Source: Terriglobales bacterium (lineage in GTDB: Bacteria > Acidobacteriota > Terriglobia > Terriglobales > Acidobacteriaceae). From it: a DNA stretch of 64,000 nt. A program made the position numbers and the translations under genes. The notes under the pieces were generated by a model, which was not told where the DNA came from, ran no database searches, and saw only the letters and a program-made list of their open reading frames with translations. The DNA lies in NCBI GenBank assembly GCA_963700175.1, contig CAVOWN010000015.1, positions 275,475-339,474 on the forward strand, given 5' to 3'. Positions 1 to 8,805 of the stretch are shown here, piece after piece; position 1 is the first letter of the stretch, and each line of letters starts with the position of its first letter.

Positions 1-924
1 CCGGCTGCGGAGATCAACGAAATGGCGGAAAAATATCGCAGACAGTTGCTCGGTCCGCGCGATGTGGTGGAGACGCAGAACTCGAATGGCAGCCGGCTTT
101 TCGACTTGCTGGTCGGACCTGCCGCACCCGCTCCGGGCCGCGACTCTCGCGTGGTCATCATTCCGGATGGAAGCCTGAACAATCTTAATTTTGAGACGTT
201 GTTGGTTGCCGCGCCCAAGTCTCACTATTGGATTGAAGACGTCACCGTCGTGAATGCCAGCTCCTTGCGTCTGCTTGCCGCCTCGCATCGAACGTCACCC
301 ACCAATGTGCGAAGGCTCCTGCTGATGGGCGACGCGGTGCCTGCGAGTCACGAATACCAGGAACTGCCGGAGGCTGGACTCGAGGTCACGAACATCGCGA
401 AGCACTTTACGTCGACCACCCGCAGTGTTTACACGCGTGCGGACGCGACCCCGCCCGCCTATTTAGCAAGCGCTCCTGAGCGCTTTGACTTTATTCACTT
501 CGTCGCGCACGGCACCAGCACGCGTCTCAGCCCTCTTGACTCTGCCGTCATCTTGTCGAAGGCTTCGGCTGACGAAGAATCCTTCAAGCTGTATGCGCGC
601 GATATCGTTCAGCATCCGTTGCACGCCGAACTGGTGACGATTTCAACCTGTTACGGGGCGGGAACGCGCTCCTACGCCGGGGAGGGTTTGGTCGGACTTT
701 CCTGGGCATTTCTTCGCACCGGGGCCCATAACGTGATCGGCGCATTGTGGGAGGTCAGCGATACTTCGACCCCCCACCTGATGGACGAACTTTACAGCGA
801 ACTGCAAGCGGGTCGAAGTCCGGAGGTGGCGCTCCGTTCCGCCAAGCTTGCTCTTTTGCACTCCAACAGCGTATTCCGCAAGCCTTTCTATTGGGCACCT
901 TTCCAACTCTATAGCGGGTCGTAA
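1..924 (+). CDS. CHAT domain (caspase-like) protein, C-terminal part; 5' end lies outside the window
   Basis: The frame is open from base 1 with no stop before the first listed Met at 22. It has a His box HFVAHG and a Cys box ISTCYGAG, the caspase-like dyad of CHAT domains. The C-terminal FYWAPFQLYSG is typical of CHAT proteins. Confidence 0.75.
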   Translation, partial: PAAEINEMAEKYRRQLLGPRDVVETQNSNGSRLFDLLVGPAAPAPGRDSRVVIIPDGSLNNLNFETLLVAAPKSHYWIEDVTVVNASSLRLLAASHRTSPTNVRRLLLMGDAVPASHEYQELPEAGLEVTNIAKHFTSTTRSVYTRADATPPAYLASAPERFDFIHFVAHGTSTRLSPLDSAVILSKASADEESFKLYARDIVQHPLHAELVTISTCYGAGTRSYAGEGLVGLSWAFLRTGAHNVIGALWEVSDTSTPHLMDELYSELQAGRSPEVALRSAKLALLHSNSVFRKPFYWAPFQLYSGS

Positions 925-1022
925 CCGGGCGTGTTTCGGAAAATCGTTGTGCTCTGATGAAACGCGCATCGACCTGCCCGCACTATTCCAGCAGTGGCTA
1001 ACCAGCCCTCAGTGGGGATGAA

Positions 1023-1367
1023 ATGAACGCAGTGCGAGCGGAAAGAAATTACTTTGCCGGCGGAGAAAACGATTCCAGCGAGATGCCGGGGGAAAGCATC
1101 GACCTAACTGCGCAGTTCGGCTCGTCCGAACCACTGTGGGTCAATTCGGACTCGTTTCACGAAGCCGCAACGCCCAGGCTCCGCCAGCCCGTCGCGCTCG
1201 CGGCCCGGATGACGGTTGAGCTTGAGTATGTCGGTTCAGGAGCGCTCAAAGCCTTGGGAAACCGCACCGGCCGTCGTTACTGCTTTGGGGGGCCTGGCGC
1301 ACGCGTGGCCGTCGATGCGCGCGACCGTCCGGCGCTAGCCGCGGTCGCCAGCCTGCGCGAAGTATAG
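1023..1367 (+). CDS. hypothetical protein (114 aa; a shorter start is possible)
   Basis: It is the only long ORF between the CHAT gene and the ECF sigma gene, on the same strand, with coding-like GC content. I recognise no motif in it. Confidence 0.25.
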   Translation: MNAVRAERNYFAGGENDSSEMPGESIDLTAQFGSSEPLWVNSDSFHEAATPRLRQPVALAARMTVELEYVGSGALKALGNRTGRRYCFGGPGARVAVDARDRPALAAVASLREV

Positions 1368-1636
1368 GGCTGAGTTTCGCCGAGAAGACCTGGATTCCTC
1401 AGATACTTAGAGTTCCACGAGTTTGAAGGTCGCCAATTTCGCCTCCTTTTGCCGGGGATAGAAGCGTGACCACCTGCCCCCGCCGATGTGCAGATCTCTG
1501 CATCCCATTGAACCCGCTTGCAGCCCCGAGCTACGCGCGAAAGTCCCTTTTTACTAACAAGTTAAATAGAAATAAATATTTCTATTGAAGCGTTTGAAAA
1601 GCCGTGTTTCAGTGTATATAGTTCTTTGTCCGGTAC

Positions 1637-2260
1637 GTGCCGCCGGGAACATCCCCTGGCGCGACTGTCAGCGTTCCGGCATCGGTTCCGAACATGGGGC
1701 AAGAAGGCATTTTTCATCTCTCCCAAGCTTTGGGTTTCGAGCAAGCGGAGAAGCATCGCAAGAGCCAGCATCTGGAGGAACAGGTGGTCGAGCTGTATGC
1801 CACCATGCGTCCGCCGCTGTTGGGGTACGCGTATCACATCGTCGGTTCGAGTGGCGAGGCCGAGGACCTGGTTCAAAACGCATTCCTCAAACTCTTCGAT
1901 CAGTTAAGCCGAGACGCCAAGATCCTGAACTTGCGCAGCTGGTTGTATCGCGTGGTGCATAACTTGGCCATCGACCACTCCCGGCGGCGGGGTATCCAGG
2001 AGTCTTTGAACGCCGAATGGCTGTCACAAAAGATGATGAGCGACTCTCCCCGCTCAGCCGAAGACGATCTGATCCGCCGGCAACGGATCGCACTCTCCCT
2101 GAAAGCTCTGAATGAACGCGAAAGGCATTGCCTGATGTTGCGGGCCGAAGGCCTCAGCTACCTGGAGATTGGAGATGTTTTGGGAGTCAGTGAAAAATCC
2201 GTGAGCGTTTATCTGTCGCGGGGGCTCAAGAAATTCGAGGTGCGCCATGAGAGTGCCTAG
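1637..2260 (+). CDS. ECF-type RNA polymerase sigma factor (sigma-70 family, regions 2 and 4)
   Basis: Region 2 reads EDLVQNAFLKLF...WLYRVVHNLAIDHSRRR. The region 4 HTH reads LSYLEIGDVLGVSEKSVSVYLSRGLKKF. The true start is probably the ATG at 1694 (MGQEGIF...). The 3' end overlaps the anti-sigma start by 14 nt. Confidence 0.85.
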   Translation: MPPGTSPGATVSVPASVPNMGQEGIFHLSQALGFEQAEKHRKSQHLEEQVVELYATMRPPLLGYAYHIVGSSGEAEDLVQNAFLKLFDQLSRDAKILNLRSWLYRVVHNLAIDHSRRRGIQESLNAEWLSQKMMSDSPRSAEDDLIRRQRIALSLKALNERERHCLMLRAEGLSYLEIGDVLGVSEKSVSVYLSRGLKKFEVRHESA

Positions 2261-4157
2261 AAGGAACTCGCTGGTCGCACCCCACCTGAGCGATCCGCAT
2301 ATGGTTGCCTATCTTGACGGCGAATTGGCACGCCTCGAAATGGACGTGGCGCGAGCCCATCTGGAGAGCTGTTGGAGTTGCCGCAGCCGCATGGGAGAGA
2401 TTCAGGGGCAGATCGACGGCTTTCTCCGTGCCCGGCCCATCCTGATGCCGAAACCCGCGGCATTCCCTGACAACCGGGTCGAACAATTCCGCCAGCGGCT
2501 TGCCCGCCACGCCGGTGAAAGCGAATCCCTGGGCGTGCCCTTGCCGGAGCGAGTTGCCAGGTGGAGTTCCCGCTTTCGCGACGCCCTCGCGCCCGTTTCT
2601 CAATATCGCCGGGCCATCATCGCAACCGCTGTGTCTGCTTGCTTGCTGATCGTCATGTTCAGCGACGTGCTGAATACGCGAGTCTCGGCAGACACTGTTC
2701 TTCGCCAGGCGGAAAGCTATGAATCTACGCATCTGCCGCTCACCGGACAGGTCACCCGGACGTCCGTCCGCATCGACAAGTTTGAGCACGGGAGCAGCGT
2801 CGCCAGACAGCTCGGTACCGTAACTCTTGTGCGGGATTCCATGGGGACTGCCGCGTACGTTAGCGCTCAATCCGTATCAGGTCGAAGCCATACCGCAACC
2901 TTCAAGGATGCACACGAAATCTCCGAACCTCTGCTTGGAACCGTGATGTCTGACGACGGAGGCAATCCGGCGGTCGCACACTTCCTCAGCGAAAAGGAAT
3001 GGGTTCCGGATCTTTCGGTGCGCGAATTTCGAAAACTCATCGACACGCGCGGTAACAGCCCGGTCTCGGCGCGGCGCACCCACGGTGTCTTCGAACTGCG
3101 GTATCCGTTCGCACCAGGAAGCGCTTCTGGAATCTCAGAAACGCTCCTTCGAGTCGACGCCACCAACTATGCGACAACCAGCCTGAGCATTTTCACCGCC
3201 GCCGCAAATGGTGGCGACGAATACCGTTTCACCCGTGACTCGTTCTCTTTCGAGCCGCGCACCGCCGAGGTGGCGGCAATCTTCGATCCCATCGAATCCT
3301 CCAGCCTTTCTTCCGGGGCGGCGCGGTCCTTGCCGCAAGTCAGCAAACCGGTTCCGCTGTCTTACGGAAACTCAATGGCAACCGACGCGGAAGTTTCCCT
3401 CGCCGAGGCGTTGCACCAACTCGATTCCTGCCTGGGCGAAGAAGTTTATATTTTCCCCATGTCCGACGGCTCGTTGTTGGTGCAAGGATTGGTAGACAAC
3501 GCCGCGCGCCGTGATGCGATCCGGCAGAGCTTGCGAGCGGTCGGCGGTAGCTTCCGGGTTGAAATCTACATCCCTCGCGAGGTCAAAAGCGGGTCTGAGC
3601 TATATCGACCCCCGGATCGAGCTGAGGACCTGGCGACTTCCGCCCATAATTCCGCTCCCGATACGCTGGCCGATCTTTCCGGAACGAGCGTCCCGCTGCA
3701 TGACTTGCTCTACCAGCATTTTTTCAAACCCGGGGCCTCGGCGGAAGATACCAACAAACAGGTGGCGTTGTTCTCTGACGAGGTTGTCACCCTGGCGCGG
3801 CAGACCTTCCTCCATGCCTGGGCGTTGAAGCGTCTGGAGCGGGAGTTTTCCACCGCGCGTTCCGCGAATCTATCACCTGCCGTTCTGCTCAGCGTGGCAC
3901 AGATGCGGGAAGACCATCGGCACTGGATTTCGACCATCGCAAATCGTCAAGCTGAAATGCTGGAGCCTTTGGCCGGAGCGGAAGCAACCGCTCGCGCGGC
4001 AGAAATGGCAAACCTCCCGGACAGCGACACGCTGCTGCGTCTGGCCCAGGAACAGAATGATCTGGTTCGTTCGCTATTCACCATCTCCCCGCAAAGCCCA
4101 GCGACGGCATCGAGCCTGTCCCGCCTGATTACCGTTCTCAAACGAATGGGTGCCTAA
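2247..4157 (+). CDS. anti-sigma factor, zf-HC2 type, single-pass membrane protein with a large extracytoplasmic domain (636 aa)
   Basis: The N-terminus YLDGEL...AHLESCWSCRS carries the H-x3-C-x2-C zinc-finger anti-sigma motif. One TM segment follows (AIIATAVSACLLIVMF). The gene overlaps the 3' end of the sigma gene. Confidence 0.7.
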   Translation: MRVPRRNSLVAPHLSDPHMVAYLDGELARLEMDVARAHLESCWSCRSRMGEIQGQIDGFLRARPILMPKPAAFPDNRVEQFRQRLARHAGESESLGVPLPERVARWSSRFRDALAPVSQYRRAIIATAVSACLLIVMFSDVLNTRVSADTVLRQAESYESTHLPLTGQVTRTSVRIDKFEHGSSVARQLGTVTLVRDSMGTAAYVSAQSVSGRSHTATFKDAHEISEPLLGTVMSDDGGNPAVAHFLSEKEWVPDLSVREFRKLIDTRGNSPVSARRTHGVFELRYPFAPGSASGISETLLRVDATNYATTSLSIFTAAANGGDEYRFTRDSFSFEPRTAEVAAIFDPIESSSLSSGAARSLPQVSKPVPLSYGNSMATDAEVSLAEALHQLDSCLGEEVYIFPMSDGSLLVQGLVDNAARRDAIRQSLRAVGGSFRVEIYIPREVKSGSELYRPPDRAEDLATSAHNSAPDTLADLSGTSVPLHDLLYQHFFKPGASAEDTNKQVALFSDEVVTLARQTFLHAWALKRLEREFSTARSANLSPAVLLSVAQMREDHRHWISTIANRQAEMLEPLAGAEATARAAEMANLPDSDTLLRLAQEQNDLVRSLFTISPQSPATASSLSRLITVLKRMGA

Positions 4158-4278
4158 GCCTATCGCCAGAAACCACGAAAACCACGCCGTTGCCCACACT
4201 TCCATCCAACCTGAATATGCAGACAGGTGCTATGCTTTCGGACTTGTAGATTTGCTTTGCCTGGTTTCCGTTTAATCG

Positions 4279-7200
4279 ATGAAACAGCCGCTAAAGTCCA
4301 GAACATGGCGCGTAGTCCCAATTCTCCTGGTTTGTCTCGGGCTGCCCGCGATTGTGTCCGCGCAACGGGCAACTTTATTGGGTACGGTCGACGACCCCAA
4401 TGGAGCGGTGATTCCGGGTGTGAACATTACCCTGCTGAATCTTGACCAGGGTCTGGAGCGCTCAGCCACTACCAGCGAGAACGGTTACTACACTGTGCCG
4501 TTACTTCAGCCGGGAAGGTATGTAGTGACGGCGCAGAAGACGGGTTTCGCTATCGCTGAGATCAGAGACATCATCCTTCACGTAGGAGACGTTCGCGTTT
4601 TAAACGTGAAACTCCAGGTGGGAGCCGTACCGGTTTCCGTTCAAGTTTCCGAAAAGTCGCAAACCGTCGAAACCGCCAGTTCAGCCCTGGGCGAAGTGGT
4701 GACTGGAGACGTGATCCGAGACGCGCCCCTCAATGGCCGTTATGTTCCGGATTTGGCCTTGCTTCAGCCGGGAGTAACGCCGGTTGACCCAGACGACCGC
4801 GGCCCCGGCAACTTCAATGTGGCCGGCAACCGAGAGGACTCGGTTGTCTACTTATTGGACGGTGGACTCAACAACGACCTCATCGATAATCGCGTGGTCT
4901 ACACTCCGAACCCGGATACCATTGCCGAATTCCGCGTACTGAGCAGCAACTATCCCGCCGAGTACGGTCGCAATTCGGGCGGCGTAATCACCATGGCCAC
5001 CAGGTCCGGCAGCAACCAATTGCATGGCAGCGTGTTCGACTTCCTGCGCAACGACGCCTTGGATGCCAACAGCTTTTTCAATAAAAACTCCGGCCTGCCG
5101 CGTGACGACCTGAAAAGAAACCAGTACGGTGGGACTCTAGGCGGCCCGGTGACCATTCCCGGACTTGTGGCCGGGAAGGACCATTACTTCTTTTTTGTGG
5201 GCTACCAGGGAGAACGGCAAGTCAACGTCCAATCCGTGCACAATGCTTCGACCTTTACCCCAACCGAGTTGAATGGAAATTTCTCCCAATCCGGCCCGAA
5301 CGGAGGGCCTGACCCCGGAGTGGCCAGCCTTTCTCCAGCAGTATCCGTTCTTCCAGCCGAACGCTTCGCTGGCCGCGCAAGCCATTATCGATCCCAATCG
5401 CATCAACCCGGTATCTCAGAATTACATTAAGTACGGACTCATTCCCACCTCGCCGACCGGTCTGCTGAGCTGGCAGGGACGGAACACCTACGATTACGAC
5501 GAATTGACTACCAGACTTGATTTGGACTTCAGCCCTAAAGACAAGCTGGCAGCTACGCTAGGCGTGGACTGGCTTAATGCCTTGACCCCACTCAATGGTT
5601 CCGGAGCCACGGTCCCCGGATACTCGGAGAATTCCAGCGAGAAAGATTATTTTGCGAATTTCAACTACATTCACATTTTCTCGCCAACCCTACTGAACGA
5701 ATTCCGCGTGACTGTCGAGCGCAGCAATGATCAGGCGCTGAATCCCACAACTCAATTGCCCGGCCCCTCCGCCCTGGGGATCAGCGTCACCCCCGACTTA
5801 ACCACGGGCCCAACCAATCTGGTATTCGACACGGGATTGGAAATCGGCTTCAGCACCCAGGGCCCGCAGCGCATCAGGGACAACACATACAGCTTCGGCG
5901 ACACACTCACATGGATCCGGGGGAAGCACAATCTCAAGTTCGGCGGAGGCTTCTCCGATTTTCAAAACAACACCTTCTTCGCATTCACCGTCGACGGTCA
6001 ATTCGAATACCTGGGAGCCGGTGGCATTGGCTCGCAAAACTCCTACGCCGACTTTCTTTTGGGATTACCGCTGGAATACACGCAATCGTCCGCCGCTCCC
6101 TCGAACGTGCGCAGCAAGTTTACTTACGGATTCGCCCAGGATGAATGGCGCTTCCGTTCGAACCTGGTGTTGACCGCAGGTTTGCGATATGAGTACAGCA
6201 CCCCAAAGCTGGATACCGAAGGGCGAACTTTCTCGATCATTCCCGGAGACCAGTCTCACGTCTTCATCAATGCACCCGTGGGGATGGTTTTTCCTGGAGA
6301 TCCCGGCGCACCGCGGGGAGTGAATTTTCCCGACAAGAACAACTGGGCGCCACGCCTCGGATTCGCATGGGACCCCCGTGGAGACGGCAAAACCAGCTTG
6401 CGCGGAGCGTTCGGCGTCTTTTACGACATCCTGAAAGCCGAGGACAATTTACAGTTCAACGGGCAGCCGCCATTCTATGCCAGCGCCGGTCTGTTCTATT
6501 CACCTCCGTCGGGTCCTGAGCCGAATTACATGTCGCAGCCATTCGTCGCCGCAGGAGCGGAAAATCCATTTCCCTCCGGCCATGCCCCTCCAAATCTTAA
6601 CTTTGGGGCCGCCGGATATTTGCCGATCGGCGCCTCCACCAGCGTGTTCGTGGTCGACCCTCACCTGCGCACGCCTTACACCTATCAATATCATCTGACC
6701 CTGCAACATGAGATAGCCAAGGAAACCATCGTTGAAGCGAGTTATGTGGGCAGCAGTTCTCACGGGCTCACCGCCTTGCAGGACGTAAATCCTTTTGTGC
6801 TTGGGACCTACAACCGTGTGCTGAACCTGACGCCCGGCAACCAGACCTGCACCGTAGAGGATGCCAGTGCGTGCAGCTTTGCCAGCTTGTACGAATTCCG
6901 CAATGTGAGCGCAGCTGACTACAACGGTTTGCTCACCAGCCTGCAGAAGCAACTCTCGGGCGATGGGCCTTTCGGACGGTCCTATTTCACGCTCGCGTAT
7001 ACCTTCTCGCACGACATCGACAATGCCTCCGGATTCGTAAATCGCAACAATGTTGTCCCTTCGTACCAGACGGGGCTACTCCGGGCTTCCGCCGACATGG
7101 ATCTGCGCCACCGCGTCGTCTTCAGCGGAGGGTGGGAACTTCCGTTCGACCGCCTGTCGATGTCCGCATCGAAAAAGCTGACCCGTGGGTGGAAGTTGTT

Positions 7201-7753
7201 TCCGATTGTGAGTTGGCGCAGCGGCTACCCACTGGACGTATTCGCCAACATTCCCGCCGATTTCAACTTTGCCAGCCCGGGCCCGTCCGCCGCGGGTGAC
7301 GCGGGACTGGTGCGTGCCAACTTGATCGGGCGCATCGGCAGTTATGATCCGCATAACGCGCAGACTATTGCAGGAGTGAGCGGCTACTACTGGTTTAATC
7401 CCACCAGCTTTTCCACGGCGCAGTGCCCGCCCGCTCCCACCAACTGCCAGCCCAGTTCCAGCGTCTTTCCTAATGACGCGCAGGCGGTAAGCGATCCGTC
7501 TGTTCGCACCTACGGCACGCTACCGCGGAATTATTTCCGCGGGCCGGGCGTTTATAACATCAATCTGGCATTCTCCAAAACAACCCAGCTTTCGGACCGC
7601 TGGAAAATGGAGATTCGGGCCGACATCTTCAATCTGCTGAATAATGCTCAGTTCGAGAATCCTGATACCAACATCGGCAGTCCGACATTCGGTCAGGAGC
7701 TGAATACATACGATCCGCGGATCATCCAGCTTGCGTTGCGCTTGAGCTTCTGA
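4279..7753 (+). pseudogene. TonB-dependent receptor with N-terminal carboxypeptidase-regulatory-like domain, interrupted by a +1 nt frameshift near 5326-5330
   Basis: It has a signal peptide, a CarboxypepD_reg-like segment (GTVDDPNGAVIPGVNITL...GYYTVPLLQPGRYVV), a plug region, and a long beta-barrel ending in LALRLSF. The coding sequence is split between ORF 4279..5430 (frame 1) and ORF 5273..7753 (frame 2). The sensible protein continuity ...GPDPGVA / FLQQYPFFQPNASLAAQ switches frame at gccagcctttctc. Confidence 0.8.
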
Positions 7754-7792
7754 AACTTGCGACTGCCTATGCAAGGGTGCTTCGTGCTAGAA

Positions 7793-7907
7793 CTGGTCTC
7801 ATGAGTGATTTGGGTAGGTTGCCTCTTTAGCCGTTTTAGGACTCGGTCTGGTCTCATCAATGACTTTGTGGAAGGGCACGGCTTTAGCCGTGCCGTTTAG
7901 GACCAAT
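7793..7907. repeat. imperfect tandem direct repeat, two units of about 55-60 bp
   Basis: Both units start with ctggtctcat (7793 and 7848) and end with tttagccg(tgcc)gttttaggac. I estimate about 70% identity by eye. Confidence 0.4.
7875..7900 (+). terminator. candidate intrinsic terminator downstream of the TonB receptor gene
   Basis: The stem ggcacggc (7875-7882), loop ttta and stem gccgtgcc (7887-7894) give a perfect 8-bp GC-rich stem. It is followed by gtttag, a weak T tract. Confidence 0.4.
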
Positions 7908-7960
7908 AAAAACGCGGGCTTCAGCCCCCGGGGCTGGACCGCCTGTTCGACAAACTATTT

Positions 7961-8359
7961 ATGAGACCAACTCTAGTCGTTCGAAAGAGTGCGATTCAAG
8001 GCTCGGGACTCTTCACCGACGCCGCGATAAAGGCCCGGAGCAAGCTGGGGGAGTTTACCGGCGAGCGCATCTCCGTGAGGGAAGCACGACGCCGTGCCAA
8101 AGGTGCCAAACGGATTTCGATTGTCGAACTCAGTTCGACGCAGGCCGTAGACGGTGGCGTTGGCGGTGGGCCTTTTCAATTCGTGAACCATTCCTGCGAG
8201 CCGAGCACGTTCATCCGCATTGCATATGGACGCATTGAGTTTTATGCCCTCAGAGACCTGCGCCCGGGCGATGAAATCACCTGCGATTACGGAGACTCCC
8301 ATCACAACGGAAAACTTCCCTGTGGCTGCGGTTCGGCCAGATGCCGCAAATTTATCTAG
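7961..8359 (+). CDS. minimal SET-domain protein (putative protein lysine methyltransferase, 132 aa)
   Basis: SET motifs are present: GSGLF, FVNHSCEPS (NHSCxPN-like) and DEITCDYG (ELxxDY-like). A post-SET Cys cluster CGCGSARC sits at the C-terminus. Confidence 0.85.
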   Translation: MRPTLVVRKSAIQGSGLFTDAAIKARSKLGEFTGERISVREARRRAKGAKRISIVELSSTQAVDGGVGGGPFQFVNHSCEPSTFIRIAYGRIEFYALRDLRPGDEITCDYGDSHHNGKLPCGCGSARCRKFI

Positions 8360-8714
8360 CGCCCTGATTTTAGCTATGGGGCGACCAGTTCCGGGGGCAA
8401 ATGCAGGGACACACGGAACTGACCCCAATGCCCAGCCAAGTCAATCGGAGCCAGAGTCGTGCGATTTCGCCTCAGCGGTCGGCCCCACACGGCCCCTTCC
8501 TGATCGTACCCAGCTTTCGGATAAACGAGAACCAGATCAATTCCGCACCGGAACGCGTGAACGGTCTGCCGTAAGGCCCTCCTTCGTGTGAGCTTGTCTT
8601 CTTCTCACTAAGCTTCAACTTGACCAAGTTGCTTTCTATCGGCGCTACACACCGATAGATCAAAGAATTCCCCGAATTCCATGAATCCTCCTCGCCGAAT
8701 ACTACTCTAAAGTT

Positions 8715-8735
8715 GTGGTATGGTGGTATGACCAC
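8715..8735. promoter_or_regulatory. candidate GntR/FadR-type operator upstream of the aldehyde dehydrogenase gene
   Basis: The sequence GTGGTATG GTGGTATG ACCAC contains the perfect palindrome GTGGT-ATG-ACCAC (8723-8735). This fits the t.GT-N-AC.a pattern known for GntR-family operators. It lies about 70 nt upstream of the ATG at 8806, in an AT-rich intergenic region. Confidence 0.35.
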
Positions 8736-8805
8736 TTTAGGTTTCAAGCTCTTATTCCGCCCGTATATCCGTAAGTCATAGATCAAACGGAGGTTCTACT
8801 TCGAA

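Noticed and set aside
1646-1675. GGAAC ... CGTT pair resembling an ECF-type autoregulatory promoter in front of the sigma gene.
   Set aside because: The spacing between AAC and CGT is 21 nt, compared with the usual 16-17 nt. The element lies within the longest version of the ORF. This is not convincing.
5273-5335. MEISPNPART... as an independent start of a second receptor gene.
   Set aside because: The second ORF has no signal peptide or plug domain of its own. It continues the barrel of the upstream ORF after a frame change, so I treat both as one frameshifted gene.
8472-8786. 104-aa minus-strand ORF in the spacer between the SET gene and the aldehyde dehydrogenase.
   Set aside because: It lies in the AT-rich, promoter-like part of the spacer. 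It has odd composition, no ribosome-binding site and no recognisable motif. I treat the region as non-coding regulatory DNA.
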